Source: an uncultured Bacteroidota bacterium (GTDB lineage Bacteria; Bacteroidota; Bacteroidia; Chitinophagales; Chitinophagaceae). From it: a stretch of DNA of 64,000 nt. The stretch lies in assembly GCA_903854725.1 (NCBI GenBank), contig CAINWZ010000144.1:1212-65211 (forward strand). Reading direction: 5' to 3'. The position numbers and the translations under genes are program-made. A model generated the notes under the pieces. It was not told the origin of the DNA. It worked only from the letters and a program-made list of their open reading frames with translations, and ran no database searches. How positions within the stretch are numbered: the first letter of the stretch is position 1; each line of letters opens with the position of its first letter. This document shows positions 8,660 to 18,537 of this stretch, in pieces.

Positions 8660-11527
8660 ATGAAAAAAATATTACTTGTCATTACCCTTGCCCTATTTTT
8701 TGTACCGCAAAGTTTTTCACAAAGCAAAGCAGAAAAAAAATGGGTCAAGCACCAATTTAAAAAATTGTCATTAGACGAGAAGATTGCCCAATTAATGATT
8801 ATAAGAGCACACAGCAATTGGGATGTAAAAAAATTAGATACCCTAACCGAAATTATAAAAAAATACAATGTTGGTGGCCTATGCTTTTTTCAAGGAGGGC
8901 CTATAAGAGAAGCGCTTCAAACAAATTATTATCAATCTATTGCAAAAACACCTTTGTTAATTACGATGGACGCCGAATGGGGCGTTGGTATGAGATTAGA
9001 TAGTGTTGAAATGTTTCCTAGACAACTTTCATTAGGCGCCATTGCATCAGATAATTTAGTCTATCAAATGGGTGCTGCAGTAGCGGCACAATGTAAAAGA
9101 TTAGGTATTCAGGTAAACTATGCACCAGATGTAGATATCAATAACAATCCAAGTAACCCTGTTATTAACGACCGAAGTTTTGGACAAAATAAACAAAGAG
9201 TAATTCAACACGGCATCGCCTATATGAAAGGATTACAGGACAACGGCGTAATGGCAACCGCTAAACATTTTCCTGGACATGGTGATGTTGCTGTCGATTC
9301 TCACAATGATATACCAGTCATCAATAAAACAAAAGAACAACTAGCCGCAATGGAATTGGCTCCTTTTAAAGCATTGATTGACGCAGGTATTGAATCAGTT
9401 ATGGTAGGGCACTTATCTGTACCCGCTATTGACAACAGACCCAAGTATGCCACTTCCTTATCGGAAAAAGCAATTAACGAATTACTAAAAAAAGAAATGG
9501 GATTTAAAGGTATTACGGTTACTGACGCCTTAGATATGAAAGCCATTAGCAATTATTTCCCTAAAGGAGAAGCAAATGTGCAAGCTATATTAGCAGGCAA
9601 TGATATGCTTTGTTTACCTGGAGATATTGGAGAGTCGATTGAAAAAATAAAATTAGCTATTAAAGAAAAACGCTTGTCAAAAAAAGACATTGATGATAGA
9701 GTAAAAAAAATATTAGCTGCTAAATATAAATATGGCTTAAGCCAACCAACATTTATAGACACCACTAATTTAGTGGCTGATTTAAATAAGTCTGTCGCTG
9801 CTCTTAAATCGCAAATGGCGGCTCAGTCCTTAACCTTTGTAAAGGCAAATGCACAAGCAAGTATCTCACTTCAAAAAAAGACAGCCTACATTGCGCTTAA
9901 TTTGGCACAACCCAATGTGATCACTAAGGCGCTATCTCAACAATACGGTTTCCAAATATTTTATATCAATCCTAAAGATAGTGCGGGACTAGAAACCGCA
10001 AAAAAATCTTTAGCGAGTTTCGATCAAGTAATTGTTGGCTTGCATAATTACAATCGTCGCCCTGCTAATCATTTTGAAATTCCTGCGAATATGATTCAAT
10101 TTTTAAAGGATGCACATCCTCAAAATTGGTTTCATCTAATTTTCGGCAATCCTTATGCAGTAGGTGAATTTAATGGAATTGAAAATATCTTATTTGCGTA
10201 TGAGGATAACGCTTATTCACAGGAAGCTGCGCTTCATTGGATTGAAGGGAAGCTGCAGGCCACTGGAGAACTTCCGGTAACTGTGAGTAATGATTTACCC
10301 TATGGTACACCTAGTCATAATATTGAATCGGGCGCCAATACTAATATACAAACCACATCGCCGAATTTATCTTTTATTGACGCCTTGGTGCAAGAAGCAA
10401 TTGACAAAAAAGCTATCCCGGGTTGTCAAATACTAGTGGCAAAAAATAATAAAATAATTTTTAACAAGGGGTTTGGTAATATTGCTGGTGAAGGATCTGC
10501 TCCAGTTACAATAGACACTTATTATGATTTAGCCTCTGTTACCAAAGTAAGCGCTACCACTGTGTCTATAATGAAATTAGTAGAGCAAGGAAAAGTAGAT
10601 ATTAATAAAACGATTGGCGACTACCTTCCTTGGGTAGTAGGTAATGCAAAATCACAAATCACCTTAAAGGATTTATTATTACACCAAGCAGGTTTATACC
10701 CTTATATAAAATTTTATGAAGCTTTATTAACCCCTACAGGTTCATTTATAGATGGACTTGTTACGCAAGTACCCGACAACGCACATCATAAAATGATGAC
10801 ACCTTCAAAATATTTATTAGATAGCTGGGCTGATACCATTAAAAATAAAATTTTAAGAAGTCCTGTTACAACGCCTGGTAAATATGTCTATAGCGATAAT
10901 GATTTTATTTTTTTAGGTCAAATTGTAGAACAAGTAACAGGAATGACATTGAATGAATATGCTACTCAACAATTCTATGCTCCATTAGGCATGGAGTCTA
11001 CAGGGTTTTTACCTTTACAAAAAACCACTTTAAATAATATTGCAGCATCCGAAGTTGATAACTATTACAGGCATGAATTAATTCAAGGAGCTGTGCATGA
11101 CGAAGGCGCTTCAGTGATGGGTGGGATTGCTGGACACGCTGGCTTATTTAGCAATGCTACAGATTTAGCTAAACTGTATCTTATGCTATTAAATAAAGGT
11201 ACTTGGAATGGCAGTTCCTTCTTAAATCCCAGTACGGTTGAATTATTTACTGCTTATAATACCGATAACAGTCGACGCGGCTTAGGCTTTGATAAACCTG
11301 AAAAAAATAATGATACTGCGAAGGATCCTTACCCTTGCTTGAGCGCTTCTCCAAGCACTTTTGGCCATACTGGATTTACAGGAACATGTGTATGGGCAGA
11401 TCCAGAAAAACAATTATTATTTATTTTTCTTTCCAATAGAGTATATCCCACTAGAGACAATAAAGTTTTTAGCGAGTTAAACCTTAGGTCTAAGATTCAA
11501 GAAGGCCTTTATACTTCTCTTAATTAG
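8660..11527 (+). CDS. GH3 beta-N-acetylglucosaminidase fused to a beta-lactamase-family serine hydrolase
   Basis: Signal peptide; GH3 motifs KHFPGHG and TDALDM; C-terminal SxxK (ASVTK), YSD and GHTGFTG. Confidence 0.92.
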   Translation: MKKILLVITLALFFVPQSFSQSKAEKKWVKHQFKKLSLDEKIAQLMIIRAHSNWDVKKLDTLTEIIKKYNVGGLCFFQGGPIREALQTNYYQSIAKTPLLITMDAEWGVGMRLDSVEMFPRQLSLGAIASDNLVYQMGAAVAAQCKRLGIQVNYAPDVDINNNPSNPVINDRSFGQNKQRVIQHGIAYMKGLQDNGVMATAKHFPGHGDVAVDSHNDIPVINKTKEQLAAMELAPFKALIDAGIESVMVGHLSVPAIDNRPKYATSLSEKAINELLKKEMGFKGITVTDALDMKAISNYFPKGEANVQAILAGNDMLCLPGDIGESIEKIKLAIKEKRLSKKDIDDRVKKILAAKYKYGLSQPTFIDTTNLVADLNKSVAALKSQMAAQSLTFVKANAQASISLQKKTAYIALNLAQPNVITKALSQQYGFQIFYINPKDSAGLETAKKSLASFDQVIVGLHNYNRRPANHFEIPANMIQFLKDAHPQNWFHLIFGNPYAVGEFNGIENILFAYEDNAYSQEAALHWIEGKLQATGELPVTVSNDLPYGTPSHNIESGANTNIQTTSPNLSFIDALVQEAIDKKAIPGCQILVAKNNKIIFNKGFGNIAGEGSAPVTIDTYYDLASVTKVSATTVSIMKLVEQGKVDINKTIGDYLPWVVGNAKSQITLKDLLLHQAGLYPYIKFYEALLTPTGSFIDGLVTQVPDNAHHKMMTPSKYLLDSWADTIKNKILRSPVTTPGKYVYSDNDFIFLGQIVEQVTGMTLNEYATQQFYAPLGMESTGFLPLQKTTLNNIAASEVDNYYRHELIQGAVHDEGASVMGGIAGHAGLFSNATDLAKLYLMLLNKGTWNGSSFLNPSTVELFTAYNTDNSRRGLGFDKPEKNNDTAKDPYPCLSASPSTFGHTGFTGTCVWADPEKQLLFIFLSNRVYPTRDNKVFSELNLRSKIQEGLYTSLN

Positions 11528-11531
11528 AAGC

Positions 11532-13721
11532 ATGCTTAGAAAATGTTTTTTATCAATTTTATGTATACAACTGTACTTTAATGCAGAAGCGCAAAGCATA
11601 AAAGGACCACTTGGTCAATGGAGAGAACATTACAATAATAAAAGTGTGCAGCATCTTACAAAAGGCGACTTACTATATGGCGCCACAGCGAATCAGATTT
11701 TTAGTATTGATGCAAAAAATAATATTACATTATTAGGAAAGTCAAATGGATTGCATGAAATAGAGATAGCATCCATCGCCTGGGACAAAGAACAATTACA
11801 ATTAATAATTGCCTATGCCAATAGCAATATTGATATTGTTAAAGGGGATGCTATTTTTTCGATAAACGATATCTATCTTTCTAACCTTTACCCCAATAAA
11901 AAAATAAATAATATACATGTTATAGGACCTTGGGCATTGGTGTCGACCAACTTTGGTATAGTAGTGATAGATTTAATCAAACACGAAATAAAAGATACTT
12001 GGTTCGCGAATAATGCAAGACAAGCGCTTGTTACCATTCAAACTGTTAATACTGCAGATAGCTTATACGCTTTAACAGAAGAAGGTTTATTTAGTACGGC
12101 CTTAAAAAATAATTGGATAACCACCAATCAATGGAAAAAATTAAATACAAGTACAGCTATCAAAAAAATAGCTGCCTATAATAATCTTATATATATGATT
12201 GGTAACAAAAACCTTTATCAACTACCACAGCCATTACCTATATATAAGCAATCTATTGGCAATATCAATAATGCCTTTGTAAATAAAGAGGGCATATACA
12301 TTATTAGCACTGATGGCACAAACGGAAATTTACTTTCTTTAAATACAAGCAATACGCTATCAGGTATTATTGATACAAGTTTACTAGCTGTACCTGTAGC
12401 TATTGAAGTAGATCAAAATAATATATGGATAGCGGATAGTGTCAATGGTTTATTATTAAAAAATACAGAAGCGCGTTTTATACCTTTAGGCGGACCTGCT
12501 GAAAAAATTACAGGAACTGGTTTTATCAATGGTAATTATTTATTAGCGCCTTTTGGGAGCCAGGCTGCTGGATTTAGTACTTATAGCGAATCAGGTTGGA
12601 AAAATTATACAAAACTTGGAACAATAACCTTACCCCCGCTCTTTTCGGCCACTATAGATCCAATGGACGATAGTTGGTGGTTTGCTTCTGCCAAAGGGCT
12701 GCTTCATTTCAATAATAATAGCAATACTATAGAAACCCTTACGCCCAATACATTTTCTGGCAGCTATATACAAACCCAATTTACAAAAGACGGTATCTTC
12801 TGGGCACTGCAAGATGAACAGGGGCTTGTCATAAAACAAGATGCGAAGTGGTCTTCTATTCCATTACCATTAACTTATTCAAAAAATGGTTTAAGAAAAA
12901 TGGTAGTCAATAATCAGGGACAAGCATGGATACCTGGGCCTGCCAATCAAGGCCTTTATCTGTATCAACATAATAAATATTTTAATACTGCCACTTGGAA
13001 ACAATTAACCACTGCTAAGTCTAATGGAAATTTACCCAGCAACAATGTACTAAGTGTGGCAGTAGATAATACAGGATCTGTTTGGGTAGGTACCAATAAT
13101 GGTATTGGTATTTTTAATTGTGGAGATATCACGAAAGAAGTTTGTGATGCATACCTGCCTACGATAAAAAATACAAATGGCTTTGTTGGTTTGCTCTTGC
13201 AAAGAGAGTCTGTCAATTGTATTGCTGTAGATGGTGCGAATAGAAAATGGGTGGGTACACAAAATGGGGTGTGGTTGTTAAGCGCGGATGGAAGTGCTAT
13301 CATAGAACATTTTACAAAAAATAATAGTCCTTTACCAAACGATACCATTCAACAAATTTTAATAGACCCAACTTATGGTGAAGTGTTCTTTAATACTGCC
13401 AACCAAATGGTAAGTTATAGAGGCTTTGCAACAGAAGGAGCTTCGACACAAAATGAAATTAAAATATTCCCTAATCCAGTCCCTCCTAACTATAATGGCC
13501 CCATCGCCTTTAGAGGACTGGTTGAAAATGCATTGGTTAAAATAACAGATTTAGCTGGTAGATTGATGTTTGAAACAAGGGCCTTAGGAGGTCAAGCCAT
13601 TTGGAATGGAAAATCCTTAGAAGGTAATAAAGTAGCAACCGGCATTTACCTTGTATTTGTAAGAGATGATTTGGGTAATGAAAAAGCAGTTGGAAAAGTA
13701 GTCATTACAAAAGGGCAATAA
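11532..13721 (+). CDS. porZ: Type IX secretion system component PorZ-like beta-propeller protein
   Basis: GQWREH N-terminus, propeller repeats (AVDNTGSVWVGT, AVDGANRKWVGT) and T9SS CTD (KIFPNPV...GIYLV...GKVVI). Confidence 0.85.
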   Translation: MLRKCFLSILCIQLYFNAEAQSIKGPLGQWREHYNNKSVQHLTKGDLLYGATANQIFSIDAKNNITLLGKSNGLHEIEIASIAWDKEQLQLIIAYANSNIDIVKGDAIFSINDIYLSNLYPNKKINNIHVIGPWALVSTNFGIVVIDLIKHEIKDTWFANNARQALVTIQTVNTADSLYALTEEGLFSTALKNNWITTNQWKKLNTSTAIKKIAAYNNLIYMIGNKNLYQLPQPLPIYKQSIGNINNAFVNKEGIYIISTDGTNGNLLSLNTSNTLSGIIDTSLLAVPVAIEVDQNNIWIADSVNGLLLKNTEARFIPLGGPAEKITGTGFINGNYLLAPFGSQAAGFSTYSESGWKNYTKLGTITLPPLFSATIDPMDDSWWFASAKGLLHFNNNSNTIETLTPNTFSGSYIQTQFTKDGIFWALQDEQGLVIKQDAKWSSIPLPLTYSKNGLRKMVVNNQGQAWIPGPANQGLYLYQHNKYFNTATWKQLTTAKSNGNLPSNNVLSVAVDNTGSVWVGTNNGIGIFNCGDITKEVCDAYLPTIKNTNGFVGLLLQRESVNCIAVDGANRKWVGTQNGVWLLSADGSAIIEHFTKNNSPLPNDTIQQILIDPTYGEVFFNTANQMVSYRGFATEGASTQNEIKIFPNPVPPNYNGPIAFRGLVENALVKITDLAGRLMFETRALGGQAIWNGKSLEGNKVATGIYLVFVRDDLGNEKAVGKVVITKGQ

Positions 13722-14294
13722 CTAGTCTGCTAACATTTCAAAACTTTTGAAAGATTTGAATTTCCAAGATCCCTGCTCAGCAGGCACAACGCGATACATT
13801 ATTTGTCGCACTTTATTTGTGGGCGTTTTATTGGTTGTGTCTGATTCAAAAATGGGAAATTTTCTAAACAATACCCCTTCCACTAATTTATATTCATCCT
13901 TCCCTCGATATCCTTTACTTAGTTGTGAATCATTGGTGATGTCTGGAAAATAAATAGGCGCCAACCCTTCGTTGTCTCTTGAAGCAATACTAAAAAGGCT
14001 TATTTTATTTTTTTCATCTAAGACAAATATGATAATATCTGGAAATCCATCATTATTTAAATCATCAATTTCAGTGGAGAGCACTTTTCCTTTTAATTCA
14101 AGATTAACCTCCCTTACTTCAGCTTTAAATCCTATGGGCCTAATATTTAAAGTATTGCGATCCAAATTTCTATTCATACAAGTGATACGATAGCCTGCCT
14201 TTCCAATTTTAAGCGTACTATCATATTTATTAGCCTTTTGCCCAAAACCATGTAAGGCGATAAATAAAAAAGCGAAAAATAAATTTTTATACAT
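13722..14294 (-). CDS. Secreted PliI-like (I-type lysozyme inhibitor fold) protein
   Basis: Signal peptide; EIDDLNNDGFPDI, PIYFPDI...LSKGYRGKDEYKLVEGVLFRKFPI follow the PliI-family pattern as recalled. Confidence 0.55.
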   Translation of the reverse strand: MYKNLFFAFLFIALHGFGQKANKYDSTLKIGKAGYRITCMNRNLDRNTLNIRPIGFKAEVREVNLELKGKVLSTEIDDLNNDGFPDIIIFVLDEKNKISLFSIASRDNEGLAPIYFPDITNDSQLSKGYRGKDEYKLVEGVLFRKFPIFESDTTNKTPTNKVRQIMYRVVPAEQGSWKFKSFKSFEMLAD

Positions 14295-14313
14295 ATTTTA
14301 TTTTATTACTATC

Positions 14314-14321
14314 CAAAGTTA
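14314..14321 (-). promoter_or_regulatory. -7 box TAACTTTG for the PliI-like gene
   Basis: CAAAGTTA on the + strand, 19 nt upstream of the ATG. Confidence 0.6.
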
Positions 14322-14357
14322 ATAGAATAGTTTTAATTTTCCATTCAAACTAGTGCC

Positions 14358-15296
14358 ATGTCTTTTCAAATTCAAATAGCCCCTCTTAGCCATTTTGAAG
14401 TAATTCGATTAATAGATACTAGCAATAAGGCAGTGGTGGAGATATGTACCAAAGGAGCATTACTCAATAGCTGGCAGGCAGTAGCTCATCACAAGACCCT
14501 GCAATTAATAGAAGGGAATGATTTTTCTAAAGGCTGGGGGAATTTTGAACACAATGGATTCAGGGGTGGCAAAATGAGCCCTTTTTCATGTCGTCTTGAA
14601 AATGGTGAATATTCAATGCAAGAAACGACTTACAAAATTGAAAAGTTTTACCATGAAAAGCATGCTTTACATGGTATCCTCTATGATGCAGTTTTTACCA
14701 TTCAATCCACTGAAACAGATGCAAATGGTGCTTCTGTAAATTTAAAATTCCACTACGAAGGCAATGACAAAGGATTCCCCTTCCCCTATAGCTTACTTAT
14801 TAAGTGGCAATTACATAAAAATAATATCATAACCGTAGAAACTATTATCACCAACTTAAGCAATTCAGACATTCCCATGATGGATGGATGGCATCCTTAT
14901 TTTAAAATAGGAGAAACTATTAACGATTGCTTTGTAACACTTAATAGTATGGGGAAAGTTGAGTATAATGAAATGCTTATTCCGACTGGAGAGATGTTGC
15001 AAGAAAATGAATTTGAAACAAGTAAAAAAATAGGCAGCGCTCATTTAGACAATTGCTATTGTATTGCCCAAAAAAGTAATGCCTGTATAGTTGAAAACGA
15101 ATGGTATCAATTAGTTGTTCAGCCCCTTCTTAACTACCCTTATTTACAATTGTACACACCTGCAGATCGAAAAAGTATCGCTATAGAAAATTTAAGCGGG
15201 ATTCCAAATTGTTTCAATAATAAAATAGGGCTTCAAATAATGAAGCCCCATCAAAACTTAGTACTAAAAACTAGTTACCAATTTATTATAAAGTAA
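14358..15296 (+). CDS. Aldose 1-epimerase family protein
   Basis: HALHG, GWHPYF, LDNCY and IAIENLSG catalytic-type motifs. Confidence 0.85.
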   Translation: MSFQIQIAPLSHFEVIRLIDTSNKAVVEICTKGALLNSWQAVAHHKTLQLIEGNDFSKGWGNFEHNGFRGGKMSPFSCRLENGEYSMQETTYKIEKFYHEKHALHGILYDAVFTIQSTETDANGASVNLKFHYEGNDKGFPFPYSLLIKWQLHKNNIITVETIITNLSNSDIPMMDGWHPYFKIGETINDCFVTLNSMGKVEYNEMLIPTGEMLQENEFETSKKIGSAHLDNCYCIAQKSNACIVENEWYQLVVQPLLNYPYLQLYTPADRKSIAIENLSGIPNCFNNKIGLQIMKPHQNLVLKTSYQFIIK

Positions 15297-15300
15297 AATA

Positions 15301-15687
15301 TTACAAATCAACAACAGCAGTAATACTTACTTCGATATTTACATTACGTGGCAATGTTTTTACCGCAACGGTTTCACGTGCAGGAAAATTTGCAGAAAAA
15401 TAACTACCATACACTTCATTTACTTGCGCAAACAGCTGCATATCGCTTAAAAATATGGTTGTTTTAACTACGTGGGCAAAACTTAATTTTGCTTCTTCCA
15501 AAATGGCCTTAATGTTTTCCATTACTTGCCTTGTTTCCGCTTGAATATCGGTTAATACCAACTCGCCCGTAGCAGGATTAAAAGCTACCTGACCACTAGC
15601 GAATAAAAAACCGTTTGCAATAACTGCTTGGCTATAAGGACCAATAGGAGTAGGTACTTTACTTGATTGAATGATTTGTTTTGACAT
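15301..15687 (-). CDS. ridA: RidA-family reactive intermediate deaminase
   Basis: PIGPYSQAV, VVKTTIFL, FPARETVAVKTLP. Confidence 0.92.
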   Translation of the reverse strand: MSKQIIQSSKVPTPIGPYSQAVIANGFLFASGQVAFNPATGELVLTDIQAETRQVMENIKAILEEAKLSFAHVVKTTIFLSDMQLFAQVNEVYGSYFSANFPARETVAVKTLPRNVNIEVSITAVVDL

Positions 15688-15736
15688 AATATTGAATTAA
15701 GATTGCAATTTCTTGTTTTTCTAGCAATTCACCACC

Positions 15737-15744
15737 TATTTTTG
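15737..15744 (+). promoter_or_regulatory. -7 box TATTTTTG for tsaB
   Basis: TAnnTTTG match 18 nt upstream of the TTG start. Confidence 0.55.
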
Positions 15745-15762
15745 TAAAACATTTTAAAGAAC

Positions 15763-16443
15763 TTGGCAATCCTATTACATATTGATACTGCTGGCGAAAA
15801 AGCCATGGTGGCATTTAGTCAAAACGGAGCATTGGTTGCTTTAAAAGAAAATGATGTATTTCAAACCCATGCTTCCTTTTTACAAGTTGCTATACAAGAA
15901 TTAGTTACCGAAACGCATATAAAGCTAGCCTCTATTGATGCCATTGCTGTAACCATGGGCCCAGGAAGTTATACTGGCTTAAGAGTTGGCTTATCAAGTG
16001 CCAAAGGAATTGCCTACGCCTTACATAAACCTCTTATTGGGCTATCTACTTTAGGTCTTTTAGCAAATACTGCAAAAAACCACCCATGGTTTATGAGCCA
16101 AAAAGAAAAAGTACAAATATTTGCAATGATTGATGCCAAAAGAATGGAGGTTTTCGGGGCAGTGTATAATAGTAGGTTGCAATGTATTCAAAACGAGCAA
16201 GCTATTATTATTGACACACCCTATCTTGCTGCCCTTCTTGAAAAAAATCCAACCCTTTGTATTGGATCGGCTGCCACCAAGGCCAAGGAATTATTACAAG
16301 ACCCTTCTTTGTTATTTATAGAAAATACATATAATATATTGGATAACATTCAGTTAGGAGAAGCCGCTTTTGTTCTTGGTAAATTTGAAGACACTGCCTA
16401 CTGCAGCCCTGCTTATTTAAAAGATTTTTTCTTTAAAAAATAG
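15763..16443 (+). CDS. tsaB: tRNA threonylcarbamoyladenosine biosynthesis protein TsaB (TTG start)
   Basis: LHIDTA, GPGSYTGLRVG, MIDAKRMEV. Confidence 0.95.
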   Translation: MAILLHIDTAGEKAMVAFSQNGALVALKENDVFQTHASFLQVAIQELVTETHIKLASIDAIAVTMGPGSYTGLRVGLSSAKGIAYALHKPLIGLSTLGLLANTAKNHPWFMSQKEKVQIFAMIDAKRMEVFGAVYNSRLQCIQNEQAIIIDTPYLAALLEKNPTLCIGSAATKAKELLQDPSLLFIENTYNILDNIQLGEAAFVLGKFEDTAYCSPAYLKDFFFKK

Positions 16444-16588
16444 CCCTTTTTGAGTTAAAAAAAGGATGAGCGGTTTAAACCAGGTATGTAGAACTATATC
16501 TAAGCTAATGTGTAGCTAGCATGCACAAAAGACAAATTATTAACAAATTACATATTAAAATATAAATAATATTTTTAAATATAATTTG

Positions 16589-16596
16589 TAATTTTG
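16589..16596 (+). promoter_or_regulatory. -7 box TAATTTTG for the arsR-rhodanese operon
   Basis: TAnnTTTG match 30 nt upstream of the ATG. Confidence 0.55.
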
Positions 16597-16626
16597 TTGT
16601 AGAACAACCCCCAAAAATAAAACAGT

Positions 16627-16962
16627 ATGAATCAGTCATTACCACAACTACAATTAGCTAATGGAGCAACCCCATTAAAAGTAGATTTGTTACACAGTAA
16701 AAAAGCAGCGATGATTTTGCGTGCTTTAAATCATAAGCTACGTCAACAAATAGTAAAATTAATTGACGAACAAAAAAAAGTAACTGTTACAGAAATTTAT
16801 GTAAAATTAAGATTAGAACAATCTGTTGCTTCGCAACACTTAGCTATCTTAAGAAGAGCAAGCATTGTGTCGACAATTCGTGAAGGAAAATTTATTTTTT
16901 ATACAGTTGATTATAATAGAATCGACCAAATAAATAAATTTGTAGAACAACTTGTTGGATAA
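16627..16962 (+). CDS. ArsR/SmtB-family transcriptional regulator (no cysteines)
   Basis: LRALNHKLRQQI and EQSVASQHLAILRRA winged HTH. Confidence 0.9.
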   Translation: MNQSLPQLQLANGATPLKVDLLHSKKAAMILRALNHKLRQQIVKLIDEQKKVTVTEIYVKLRLEQSVASQHLAILRRASIVSTIREGKFIFYTVDYNRIDQINKFVEQLVG

Positions 16963-16964
16963 TT

Positions 16965-17639
16965 ATGTCTTTATCCTTAGCCACATTTATTGAAGTTATA
17001 GAAGATGAATCGGTTATTATAGTTGATGCAAGGCCTATTGCACAATTTATGGAAGGCTATATACCCAATGCATTACACATTACGCCTGCAACAGCCAAGT
17101 ATGCCATTGCCATGGATATCATTAGAAAAGATAGCCCACTTGTTTTTATACTAGAAGATGCTATTGCGGCAGAAACCATGGCCTATTTTACCAAAGCAGC
17201 ATTTACGAATATAAAAGGATATTTAGAAGGTGGCTATGCCTCATGGTTAGCAGCTTCTAAAAGGAATGACTTAGTGATAGATGTTGAAATTGATGAATTA
17301 GCTATGGATCTTCCTTTTGATGAATACTTAATGGTTTTAGATTGTCGTACCGAAGCCGATTTTGATAAAGGACATATTAAAGACTCCGTATCACTTCCGT
17401 TAGCTGATATGGGCGACCCAGGGAGTATGTCTGAATTAGACGAACATTTTAATATTTATATACTTACAGAAAATGGAGACAATAGTAGTTTAGCTGCTAG
17501 TTTGTTGAAAAAACAAGGCATTCATAATATTAGAGTGGTGGTAGGAGGCTGGGAAGCAGTTCAAACAATAAAAGATAAGTTTAAAATAGAAGTCACTAAA
17601 GCAAAGCCCGCTTCAGATGATCTGGCTCTATTGAACTAG
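16965..17639 (+). CDS. Tandem rhodanese-like domain protein, catalytic Cys absent
   Basis: VDARP...GYIPNA and LDCRT...GHIKDS repeats; active-site loops read ILEDAIAA and LTENGDNS. Confidence 0.8.
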   Translation: MSLSLATFIEVIEDESVIIVDARPIAQFMEGYIPNALHITPATAKYAIAMDIIRKDSPLVFILEDAIAAETMAYFTKAAFTNIKGYLEGGYASWLAASKRNDLVIDVEIDELAMDLPFDEYLMVLDCRTEADFDKGHIKDSVSLPLADMGDPGSMSELDEHFNIYILTENGDNSSLAASLLKKQGIHNIRVVVGGWEAVQTIKDKFKIEVTKAKPASDDLALLN

Positions 17640-18515
17640 TAATTTTTCATGCTGTTTTGGATCATATTCATATCTCCATCTTCTATGACTCCATAAATAA
17701 TTAGCAGGCTTTAATTTAATTTTCTCTTCCAACACTTTTACATACAAGGCTGTTAACTGACCATCCTTGAAGTAATTTGGAGAAGTAGTCATTACTTCAT
17801 ATTCAGAATGATAATAACCTCTTTTAACACGATAAAAATGTACAAAAACCTGTGCTGTATTATTTAATAAAGCCCCCTTCTCTGGCCCTTTTACAAAAGG
17901 AGTGAGTCTGCCAAAAAATGGTAACCAATAAGCTGACAAAGGATTTCCTGGATTTTGATCTGCAGCCAATGCCATCGCATAACTACCTTCTGTAGCATAT
18001 TTATGAAACTGCGTTTTAAAACTAGTTGCCGGAATCATAATGCTGCCATAACGCATTCTTAATTTTAAAATGATTTTATTAAAATAAGGATTACTCAATG
18101 GCATATATACTCCAATAAAAGGATATTTCCCATATTTGGCTGCGCCCCAATTGGCAAACTCCCAATTAAAAAAATGGCCTGCCATAATTTGCACTGACTG
18201 CTTACTAGCATACAAATTATTTAATACTTCGACATTAGAAGTAAATCTTTTGTCAAAATTTTTATCCGAAATGGAAAGTAATTTAAAAGTTTCTATAAAA
18301 GAATCTGTGAACTGCTGGTAAAACTCATTGGCAATTTCTTGTCGCTCCTTTTCTGTTTTTTTAGGAAAAGCAATGGCTAAATTTTGTTGCACAATGGCAA
18401 GTCTATACTTGAAAACCCTTTGTAGTAAAAAGGCAACAAAATCACTTATAATATACATTACACGCCAAGGAAGTAAAGAAAATAAATAAACAATTATATA
18501 AATGAATAGGTACAT
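17628..18515 (-). CDS. Lipid A biosynthesis late acyltransferase (LpxL/HtrB family)
   Basis: GHFFNWE (HxxxxE), ADQNP, GPEKGA, YLWSHRRWR. Confidence 0.88.
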   Translation of the reverse strand: MYLFIYIIVYLFSLLPWRVMYIISDFVAFLLQRVFKYRLAIVQQNLAIAFPKKTEKERQEIANEFYQQFTDSFIETFKLLSISDKNFDKRFTSNVEVLNNLYASKQSVQIMAGHFFNWEFANWGAAKYGKYPFIGVYMPLSNPYFNKIILKLRMRYGSIMIPATSFKTQFHKYATEGSYAMALAADQNPGNPLSAYWLPFFGRLTPFVKGPEKGALLNNTAQVFVHFYRVKRGYYHSEYEVMTTSPNYFKDGQLTALYVKVLEEKIKLKPANYLWSHRRWRYEYDPKQHEKLLVQ

Positions 18516-18537
18516 GGGTATAGGTTAAATATAAACA

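Noticed and set aside
16545-16594. Inverted repeats upstream of arsR (AAAATAT-N5-ATATTTT; AAATTACA...TGTAATTT) as an operator
   Set aside because: Almost pure A/T with different centres, so easily chance. A plausible target for footprinting, but not supportable from sequence alone.
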